A DNA stretch of 64,000 nucleotides from a virus. Its lineage: Duplodnaviria; Caudoviricetes. Position numbers and translations under genes: made by a program. This document shows, piece by piece, positions 1 through 7,011 of the stretch (its first letter is position 1; each line of letters begins with the position of its first letter). The notes under the pieces were generated by a model, which had not been told where the DNA came from, did not search any database, and saw nothing but the letters and a program-made list of their open reading frames with translations. The DNA is taken from positions 293,276 through 357,275 of the IMG/VR virus record IMGVR_UViG_3300037067_018912. One strand, given 5' to 3'.

Positions 1-258
1 AACCGTTGGTTCATATTGAAAATGATATGGATACCGTATCAACTTTTGTTTGAGCACCGAAGCGTGTTCACCCACGGATTGGTGATTGGGACTTTAATTA
101 GGGTTGTGTATGTGGCTGTGATACCCGTTGCCGTATTTGCATTCCGGGGAGATACTCCACATATTCTCACTGCTGTTAATTTAAAAATCCTTTTGTACGT
201 TCTTATCGGCCTTGAAGCGGGTTCTGCCGTGCATACCGTATCAGATAAAATATTTTAA
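1..258 (+). CDS. DUF2227-like metal-binding membrane protein (5' partial)
   Basis: Frame open from base 1; WIPYQ..HRS.FTHG..IGT..R and GLE.G...H...D motifs. Confidence 0.7.
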   Translation, partial: NRWFILKMIWIPYQLLFEHRSVFTHGLVIGTLIRVVYVAVIPVAVFAFRGDTPHILTAVNLKILLYVLIGLEAGSAVHTVSDKIF

Positions 259-265
259 TTTTTTT

Positions 266-291
266 TGTAACCTTCTTATTATTTATACGTA
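266..291 (+). promoter_or_regulatory. ECF-type promoter for the RNA cluster, overlapping a host-type TATCTTTG -7 box
   Basis: TGTAAC 266-271, 16-nt spacer, CGTA 288-291; TATCTTTG 290-297. Confidence 0.75.
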
Positions 292-305
292 TCTTTGTAT
301 CATAT

Positions 306-472
306 GGGGATGTGGACAAATTGGTAAAGTCGCTTGCATGTTTACGCACAGCAGGAGAGACGGAGAGTGTACATCATAACCGTTGGGTTACAGTTGATAA
401 TTTTATGGCGGTGCGCACCGCTGTATTATGAAGACCTATAATCTTTGGGGGTTCGAGTCCCCCCCTTCCCCA
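306..472 (+). tRNA. tRNA-like RNA with 13-nt anticodon loop and ~90-nt variable region
   Basis: GGGGATG/CTTCCCC acceptor, GAC-AAATTGGTAAA-GTC D arm, CTTGC/GCAGG stem, GGGGG-TTCGAGT-CCCCC T arm. Confidence 0.65.
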
Positions 473-564
473 CGATGTCGACCGGAAGGTCGGCATTAAT
501 GTAAGGTTGAATTAAGGGTGCATGAATCTGCAGATAACATGCATCGAATAGTCTTCCAAGCATT

Positions 565-632
565 AGCGATGTAACTCAGTTGGTAGAGTGCTCCAGAAGG
601 AGAAGTCGCAGGTTCGAATCCTGCTGTCGCAA
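565..632 (+). tRNA. tRNA-like RNA with truncated anticodon arm (4 bp + AGAA tetraloop)
   Basis: GCGATG/TGTCGC acceptor, ACTC-AGTTGGTA-GAGT D arm, CTCC-AGAA-GGAG, GCAGG-TTCGAAT-CCTGC T arm. Confidence 0.75.
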
Positions 633-652
633 CTAAAAGTTCTTTGATGATT

Positions 653-869
653 TAAAGTCTTTCCGCTTGAAGCAGAGCAGCACGAATAGTTGAAAAAAAC
701 AGCGTTAACGATGATTCCATTACGGTCATCACGTAAGTGCAGGCTGATGCAGAGGCCGTTGTTTTGTGTAAAGGTGATCGCCGCCAAGTGAAGCAATCTG
801 GTAAGGGCAGATCGGTGAAAAATGGTTGAACGCCAATCATTCTCCTGCAAATGGGACGGAAAGACTTTA
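653..869 (+). ncRNA. Unassigned ~217-nt structured RNA
   Basis: Perfect 13-bp terminal stem TAAAGTCTTTCCG (653-665)/CGGAAAGACTTTA (857-869), lying between tRNA-like genes. Confidence 0.55.
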
Positions 870-872
870 TCT

Positions 873-1077
873 GGTGTCGTGGCGAAATTGGTAGACGCAG
901 CATTCATAAAGAGTGCCATAACGTAGGAATCGGTAGTAAAACCAAATTCTTGAATAGGGGTTACTGTAACGCAAGTTGCACACTGCGAAAAAGATGGGAG
1001 AATAGGACAGGATTCCGGTGGGCGAGTAATAAAGAGTGCCGGGGCGACCCGTGGAGGTTCAAGTCCTTCGGACACCG
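873..1077 (+). tRNA. tRNA-Leu(TAA)-like gene interrupted by a 123-nt insertion
   Basis: GGTGTC/GACACC acceptor, Leu-type D arm, GCATT-CATAAAG-AGTGC anticodon arm, GGG-GCGA-CCC variable arm, T arm; direct repeat ATAAAGAGTGCC at 906-917 and 1029-1040. Confidence 0.75.
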
Positions 1078-1080
1078 CAT

Positions 1081-1161
1081 GGTTGGGTAACTTAAAAATT
1101 AGAGTGGTATTCCTGAAATAGTTGGTAACGCCAGATGTTGGTTCAAGTCCAACCCCAACCG
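1081..1161 (+). tRNA. tRNA-like RNA with enlarged anticodon arm
   Basis: Perfect GGTTGGG/CCCAACC acceptor, GTTGG-TTCAAGT-CCAAC T arm, ~15-nt anticodon loop, D loop lacks GG. Confidence 0.7.
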
Positions 1162-1261
1162 CCTTATAAAAATATTATTCATTTTTTTGTAATTAACAAC
1201 ATTATTTCCTACATTTGTTAGTTGAATTTGGTTTTTTTACAACCGATTAACCACTAACACG

Positions 1262-1588
1262 ATGACAGGACAAGAACTCTACGACTACATCACAAGTCAA
1301 CTCACCCCCGAACAGGCGTTAAAAAAAGTGCTCGAAGGCTATCTGATCGAGTATGAACACCTGAAATTCAGCGAAGAAGGAAATGAAATGCACCCACTGC
1401 TCATAGTTGCCATGTGCGGCATGGAACTCGGATGGCAATTCCTGTTGCCAAAAGATGCCGAAACAGATGAAACCCCAATGGATGGTGTTGTCATGGGCAC
1501 GGAGGATTTCATAAACAAACTTCTTAAACTCGACGTCCCAAAAGAACCCGACGAACAACCCCCTCAAAACAACGAACCCAATGCTTAA
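1262..1588 (+). CDS. hypothetical protein
   Basis: First ORF of a tightly packed + operon; host-type TACATTTG box upstream. Confidence 0.7.
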   Translation: MTGQELYDYITSQLTPEQALKKVLEGYLIEYEHLKFSEEGNEMHPLLIVAMCGMELGWQFLLPKDAETDETPMDGVVMGTEDFINKLLKLDVPKEPDEQPPQNNEPNA

Positions 1589-1919
1589 AATCAACTACAC
1601 CCAAGAATTGATCGACGAGATCAAAAAAGTCTACCCGGATAACACACTACTCCACGATCTTGTAGAAGAAGGGGAAGAATCCATAGGCAGAATGCTTCTC
1701 GATCTTATACCCAAAGACCCAACATACGACGAATTGCTCGCAATTGAAACCTTCGAGGAATTCCAAGCACTGAAAAATCATGCCAAGCAAGCCAAAATAA
1801 AAGACGCCCTGTATGAGAAGTGGATACGGGAAATGCATGCCGCCTATCTAAACGACATACAATCAACACCAATAGTGAAACGGAAATTGATGTACAATCT
1901 TATTGAAGAAGATAAATAA
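1581..1919 (+). CDS. hypothetical protein
   Basis: Overlapping start/stop in operon. Confidence 0.7.
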   Translation: MLKINYTQELIDEIKKVYPDNTLLHDLVEEGEESIGRMLLDLIPKDPTYDELLAIETFEEFQALKNHAKQAKIKDALYEKWIREMHAAYLNDIQSTPIVKRKLMYNLIEEDK

Positions 1920-1927
1920 TTATCACC

Positions 1928-2188
1928 ATGCCCGAAATAAACGAAAATCGTATTAAAACGATCAAAATCATTACGAACAAAGGTGAGGAATACGAATTTC
2001 CCGCTGAACAGCACACAAAGATAAGCACGTGGATGGGGACTATGAATATGGGTGCTTATAATTTCATTGAACACACGCACAATGGAAAGAAACTCTTGGC
2101 GATAATCAGCACCTCTGATGACGAAATTATGGACGAGGTTATGAGACTCTTTGATAAGAGCAATATTGAAAAAATATTAAACAACTGA
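1928..2188 (+). CDS. hypothetical protein
   Basis: Operon packing. Confidence 0.65.
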   Translation: MPEINENRIKTIKIITNKGEEYEFPAEQHTKISTWMGTMNMGAYNFIEHTHNGKKLLAIISTSDDEIMDEVMRLFDKSNIEKILNN

Positions 2189-2189
2189 T

Positions 2190-2399
2190 ATGCCAACAAA
2201 AGTTGCAAGACTCGAAATTCTTGATTCCATAGGTGGGGTTGTAAAAACACACCACATTCCATATTCAAGCGAAATCGACAACACCATTGTCATCAGCATT
2301 GGCAAATATGTTTATTTCTTGAACGATGATGGTGAGATCACGATTAAATCCTTGAGAGATGATATTGATAAACAAATCTATAAACCAATAACAACATGA
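2190..2399 (+). CDS. hypothetical protein
   Basis: Operon packing, ATGA overlap with next gene. Confidence 0.6.
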   Translation: MPTKVARLEILDSIGGVVKTHHIPYSSEIDNTIVISIGKYVYFLNDDGEITIKSLRDDIDKQIYKPITT

Positions 2400-3061
2400 A
2401 AAATCTATTATTCACAATCCTTTTCGCATTCATTGCAATTAGTCTCTTCGCACAAGAAACCCAGGAAAAACCATCACCATTCTCTGCAGGTGCAGATTTC
2501 TACAGCAGTTTCATTTGGAGGGGATCGAAACTTGGAACAGGTCCGGCCTTCCAACCCTGTGTCAAATATGCCACGGACAACCTCGTGATAGGTGCTTGGG
2601 GTTCGTTTGATGCTTCCGGTTTCACAGAAACCGATCTGTTTTTCAGTTATACCCTTCCGTTCAATTTGAGCCTCGGAATGACTGATTATTACTCCCCGGC
2701 ACTTGAATATTTCGATTACTCCGATTCTACGGGAAGCCATGCATTCGAAATCAACGCCGCATACACAATCGAAGGTCTAACCCTCAACGCCAACTATATC
2801 ATTAATGAAGCAGGTGGCATGGGTTCAAAAGGTGGTGATATGTACTTCCAAGCCTTATATCAATTCAAACACTTCAATATGAGTGTCGGTGCGGGTGATG
2901 GTTGGTTAACCACTGACAACAAGTTCAACGTCTGCCACATCGGGATCGGGACAGTAAAGGAGATTAAAATAACCGACAAATTCTCTATACCCGTTACCGG
3001 GCAGGTAGTTCTCAATCCTGAACAGGAGAAGTTGTACGTGGTGGTGGGATTCTCGTTATAA
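2396..3061 (+). CDS. Bacteroidota-type outer-membrane beta-barrel protein (TorF/porin-like)
   Basis: Signal peptide, GADFYSSFIWRG, alternating beta strands, C-terminal VVGFSL. Confidence 0.75.
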   Translation: MKNLLFTILFAFIAISLFAQETQEKPSPFSAGADFYSSFIWRGSKLGTGPAFQPCVKYATDNLVIGAWGSFDASGFTETDLFFSYTLPFNLSLGMTDYYSPALEYFDYSDSTGSHAFEINAAYTIEGLTLNANYIINEAGGMGSKGGDMYFQALYQFKHFNMSVGAGDGWLTTDNKFNVCHIGIGTVKEIKITDKFSIPVTGQVVLNPEQEKLYVVVGFSL

Positions 3062-3080
3062 ATTTACAAAAACTATTAAT

Positions 3081-3365
3081 ATGGCAAATATTAACGAAGG
3101 AATGGCAAAAAAAGACCCTTCCGATTTTGAAAACATCCTCGTGCAATTGAGAACACACGTTAAGGATTCAGAAGGGATTTCCAACGATTTATATTCAATA
3201 GCAGAAACCTTGACCTCCCAAGACAAGGAAGAGTCGAAACCCGAACCCGAACCATCGATGATACGTGGAGGTATAATACCGGAAATGTGCTATCTCATAC
3301 ATCAATTGGAATTGATCAATGCCAAAAACCACGGTCTGTTGCAAAGACTCCACAGAATGGTCTAA
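3081..3365 (+). CDS. hypothetical protein
   Basis: Operon packing. Confidence 0.65.
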   Translation: MANINEGMAKKDPSDFENILVQLRTHVKDSEGISNDLYSIAETLTSQDKEESKPEPEPSMIRGGIIPEMCYLIHQLELINAKNHGLLQRLHRMV

Positions 3366-3368
3366 AAT

Positions 3369-3572
3369 ATGAAAATATTAGCGGAAATATGGAAGTGGTT
3401 GTTGATTGTAGGATGTATAGTCCTATTGGTCATTAAGTGGGTTGTTGTGATCCCAGTATGGTCGTTGACTGGTTTCCTTATTACAGGAAGATTTTTCAAT
3501 GAATTCGATTTCGCCATACTGCCTGAGATATGGTTTGAGGATTTGGTGAACAAAAAAATCAACAACATATGA
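3369..3572 (+). CDS. small membrane protein
   Basis: Hydrophobic N-terminal half. Confidence 0.6.
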   Translation: MKILAEIWKWLLIVGCIVLLVIKWVVVIPVWSLTGFLITGRFFNEFDFAILPEIWFEDLVNKKINNI

Positions 3573-3793
3573 AAGAAAAAATACAAGCACGGATCGACGA
3601 GTACCAAAAGGAACTCGACAAATGGAAAGAACAATGGAGGCAGATTCAGGACGGTGAACTCCCTATGATGCCACCTTTCGCCGATATGGTGAATAGGCAT
3701 TTGGCGATGTACGGTTATCAAATAGGAGAACTCAAATGGGTTCTTGAACAAATGAATACCCCAGAGGAAACAACAAAAACCCCCGTATCATGA
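3569..3793 (+). CDS. hypothetical protein
   Basis: ATGA overlaps on both sides. Confidence 0.65.
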   Translation: MKEKIQARIDEYQKELDKWKEQWRQIQDGELPMMPPFADMVNRHLAMYGYQIGELKWVLEQMNTPEETTKTPVS

Positions 3794-4026
3794 CACACGA
3801 ACAGAAAATTAATTACATGAGGATCGCCGCAGGAATGGCAAGCCTTTACTTCAACAACGACCAATTGGACTTGTTGGTCAGCCTCTATGACACCGTCATC
3901 GAAAAAGAAGGTAAGACATCAGTCAGTGACATCGTGGATGTTGAATTTGCAGTGAAGACTCGCAAGGAGGAAAGGGAACGCAAGGAATTGAGTGAAAAGG
4001 CGAGAAAAGTAGGCGAAAACTCATAG
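3790..4026 (+). CDS. hypothetical protein
   Basis: Operon packing. Confidence 0.65.
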   Translation: MTHEQKINYMRIAAGMASLYFNNDQLDLLVSLYDTVIEKEGKTSVSDIVDVEFAVKTRKEERERKELSEKARKVGENS

Positions 4027-4028
4027 CC

Positions 4029-4367
4029 ATGATGGATTTGATGTATTTTGGATATGGCTACGAGGATGATGCTGTGAAGTACCAATCGGATTTCATCAAC
4101 GAAGTCAAGGAAGTATTCCCGGACGTCGTATTAAAAAACGCCTATGATCAAATCAAGGGATACAGGCAGGAAGTATGGTTGGATGACTGCCGAGAGGATG
4201 ATTATTACACCTTCCTGATCGGCAAAGGGTGGTTCGAAATGTCCCTTACTATGCAACTCGTCATGCATAGCAATGAAAGGAAAGAAGACTTCAAAAAGTG
4301 GTTCAAACTTGCCAAGAAGCAATACCCGGAAGCATTCAAACCGGAAGCGTTGAAAGAGGACGAATAA
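4029..4367 (+). CDS. hypothetical protein
   Basis: Operon packing. Confidence 0.7.
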   Translation: MMDLMYFGYGYEDDAVKYQSDFINEVKEVFPDVVLKNAYDQIKGYRQEVWLDDCREDDYYTFLIGKGWFEMSLTMQLVMHSNERKEDFKKWFKLAKKQYPEAFKPEALKEDE

Positions 4368-4377
4368 ATTTTTAAAA

Positions 4378-4412
4378 TTTGTTGACAACGATATTTAATT
4401 TGAGTATCTTTG
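4378..4412 (+). promoter_or_regulatory. Bacteroidota primary-sigma promoter
   Basis: TTTG at 4378-4381 and TATCTTTG at 4405-4412 upstream of the ORF at 4449. Confidence 0.55.
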
Positions 4413-4448
4413 CAGTCTTTTAAAAATTAACATTAAACAACCAACGAA

Positions 4449-4670
4449 ATGCTGAACACAAAAAAGAGCCTGCACGAATTGATCATGGAGAAGTATGAAT
4501 GCCAAAAAAGGATCAGCATCAACAGTCACCACATCCACGATTTGAGGCAGGAAGGAAAGGACACCACAAAATTGATGAGTGAAATCGAGAATATGAAACA
4601 TCGGATCACTTGCTTAAACCGGGAGATGGAAGACAAATATTCATATTCGTGCCATCATATCACGGTCTAA
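4449..4670 (+). CDS. hypothetical coiled-coil protein
   Basis: Similar pattern to 51181..51399 (I.E.YECQK.I...I..L..EG..T.K...EI). Confidence 0.6.
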   Translation: MLNTKKSLHELIMEKYECQKRISINSHHIHDLRQEGKDTTKLMSEIENMKHRITCLNREMEDKYSYSCHHITV

Positions 4671-4699
4671 TGACTTAAACCCAAACACCTTGAAACAAA

Positions 4700-4903
4700 A
4701 TGATTACCCTCAACGATGTCCAATCACCCTTTTCTATTGATATTATTAATGGACAAAAAGTAATATCAATGGGAGATTATTATGTCCCTCTTGTAAAGAC
4801 AATTTCCAATCAAAGTGCGGAATTGGCTAAACATCTCATGGAGTTTTATTATAAATTAGGCTTTATGGCAGCCGTCCGTCAAATGACAAAAATACAAGAA
4901 TAA
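4700..4903 (+). CDS. hypothetical protein
   Basis: Operon packing. Confidence 0.55.
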   Translation: MITLNDVQSPFSIDIINGQKVISMGDYYVPLVKTISNQSAELAKHLMEFYYKLGFMAAVRQMTKIQE

Positions 4904-4904
4904 A

Positions 4905-5099
4905 ATGTCACGAAGAGAACCACGTTTTTATCCTGGCCACAAAGGAGAGCGCAAAAGGACAGGAGAATGGATCAGCACTTGGGTTAAACCCAAGGGGAAG
5001 TTTTGGAAAAGAAACTCCAATAAGAAGATTAGAAAAAGCGATTCAGTCTCCGGCGGTGGTTTCTTTAAAAAAGTTTGGGGATGGTTTGAGTGGTCGTAA
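4905..5099 (+). CDS. small basic protein
   Basis: K/R-rich 64 aa. Confidence 0.55.
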   Translation: MSRREPRFYPGHKGERKRTGEWISTWVKPKGKFWKRNSNKKIRKSDSVSGGGFFKKVWGWFEWS

Positions 5100-5111
5100 A
5101 CAATTATCATT

Positions 5112-5402
5112 ATGCGATATAAAATTGACGATAATAAAATTTGGGAAGACACCGGAAAAGTCAAGATACACAATTATCCGCCGGAAGGTAGGGGTACGTT
5201 TTCTTATATCACCCGCATCTATCGTGAATATAAAAAAGATCAATTTGGTTGGAAAGAAGTTGAAGGAGAACCTATTTATTTTCACGATCTGAAAACAGAA
5301 CTGTTAGCATTTGCCAAGATAATGGCGGAGTCCGAAGCCGCATTAGATGCCTTATTGGAACGTGAAAAATTTCTTATTCCAATTAATGATTATCCTTTTT
5401 AA
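5112..5402 (+). CDS. hypothetical protein
   Basis: Operon packing. Confidence 0.6.
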   Translation: MRYKIDDNKIWEDTGKVKIHNYPPEGRGTFSYITRIYREYKKDQFGWKEVEGEPIYFHDLKTELLAFAKIMAESEAALDALLEREKFLIPINDYPF

Positions 5403-5450
5403 ATAAAAGTAAGCAACGATATTTGATTTATCCAAAAAAACCCTAAACCA

Positions 5451-6056
5451 ATGTTCAAGAACCCATTCAAAAAGAAAAGGAAGGAAAAGCCGATCTGCAG
5501 GCATTATAACAACTTCCGGTTGTTGAAAGACTTTACCGACGGCGGAGTCCCCTATCTCGACCATGAATGCTACGACTGCGGTTACAGATTCAGTGGCAGA
5601 GTACATGTGAAACCGGAGGATTGGAAAAGTAGGTTCGTCTGTGCGGAAGAAGGTTTCATATTGATCAACAGGATTCCTGAAACCAAACATAAAAAAGTTC
5701 TTTGTATCGTGATCCCCATGTTGTTCTTGATATTGAATTCTTGTGTCCAAGTCGTTGAGAAAGGTCCATTCACATGTGAAAGCAAGGTGATCAATAGACA
5801 TCACGAGGACGCCAAGACCGAATACGGTTACCATTATGGTTACTCCATCATGAAAGGAAAGACCTGTTACCATTATGGTGATTACGATGTCCCGGAAGAG
5901 AACGAGATTACATATATATTCCTCGGTGACACCCTGACAACAAATAATAAAGAATTGTATAATAAAGACCACCTCTTTATCACTTACATGAAAATCTATC
6001 ACGTTGAAAAAGAGGACACATCGTTCAGCCATATCCGGGTCATCGACACCCAATAA
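5451..6056 (+). CDS. hypothetical protein with Zn-ribbon and internal TM/lipobox-like segment
   Basis: CxH...CxxC, then hydrophobic stretch ending LNSC. Confidence 0.6.
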   Translation: MFKNPFKKKRKEKPICRHYNNFRLLKDFTDGGVPYLDHECYDCGYRFSGRVHVKPEDWKSRFVCAEEGFILINRIPETKHKKVLCIVIPMLFLILNSCVQVVEKGPFTCESKVINRHHEDAKTEYGYHYGYSIMKGKTCYHYGDYDVPEENEITYIFLGDTLTTNNKELYNKDHLFITYMKIYHVEKEDTSFSHIRVIDTQ

Positions 6057-6135
6057 AACAAACCGATAATAATTTTTTGGGTTTAAGAGTACGGGTATTT
6101 TATCCCTGATCGGTCGTAAGTATGAAAAAGGACTT

Positions 6136-6915
6136 ATGACCAAAACATTCTTGATATTATTGCTGTCGTTATTATCTTTCGTTCCCGACGATCCGCCGTA
6201 CAAATACGGTAAGCCTACAACTAAAGGTATAAGTGACTACATCAAAACCTTTGAATACGACCTTGTTATAGAATTCAAGAATTATATAAAGGACACTATA
6301 TTAGACGAGGCCGAAGTATGGATAGAGTGTGATAATTTGTCCGAGTACACGGAGCACGACACTTTAGAACTCGGAAGATTTTATATCCCCGGTGATGTTA
6401 TTATTACGAATGAGACCCTGTTCCTCGATTATGATATCAACATGATGTCCAAGTGGAAAAGATCGCAGTATATCGAAACGAACCAATTCGTTAAGGCCAC
6501 CGTGATGCACGAACTGACACATTTCTATTTCTATATGGTAACTTTATATATGAAGTATTCGAAACAATACGTCTCTCCCGAATACAAGGCTACTATCAAT
6601 CTGTTTCCATATAACAGCCAAGGAGCAGAATTTATTGAGGAAGGTGTGTGTGAATACGTCACGGTGAAAATGGGTGAGACTATCCCTTACAAAAATAATT
6701 ACAAACCTGTAACCACAAGAGAAATTATCGAAAACAGGAATACCCACAAACTCAAATACAAATACAGCAGTTTCTTTGTAAAACAACTCCTCGATACGGT
6801 GGACCTGAGAACAGGAATTGAAATCCTTATCTCCAATTCCCCGCCATCTACAGAAGAAATCTTACATCCGGAGACCTTCTACAAAAGGTTGAGATACGAT
6901 ATCCCAAGTGATTAA
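6136..6915 (+). CDS. secreted zincin-like metallopeptidase
   Basis: Signal peptide; ATVMHELTH (HExxH) and downstream EEGxxEY. Confidence 0.75.
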   Translation: MTKTFLILLLSLLSFVPDDPPYKYGKPTTKGISDYIKTFEYDLVIEFKNYIKDTILDEAEVWIECDNLSEYTEHDTLELGRFYIPGDVIITNETLFLDYDINMMSKWKRSQYIETNQFVKATVMHELTHFYFYMVTLYMKYSKQYVSPEYKATINLFPYNSQGAEFIEEGVCEYVTVKMGETIPYKNNYKPVTTREIIENRNTHKLKYKYSSFFVKQLLDTVDLRTGIEILISNSPPSTEEILHPETFYKRLRYDIPSD

Positions 6916-7011
6916 GATATTGCGTTTTATAAACAACGAAAAGTCATTATTATAAGATCGTATTCCTTTCATTGTAATCTTGTCATTTTGGAAGTATTTA
7001 TTGAAAACAGA

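Noticed and set aside
918-1028. Group I intron in tRNA-Leu(UAA)
   Set aside because: About 110-120 nt is too short and no P7 core was recognisable; kept only as an unclassified insert.
563-1090. ORFs 563..1075(-), 652..903(-) and 851..1090(+)
   Set aside because: They overlap tRNA-like and structured RNAs and have no protein-like features.
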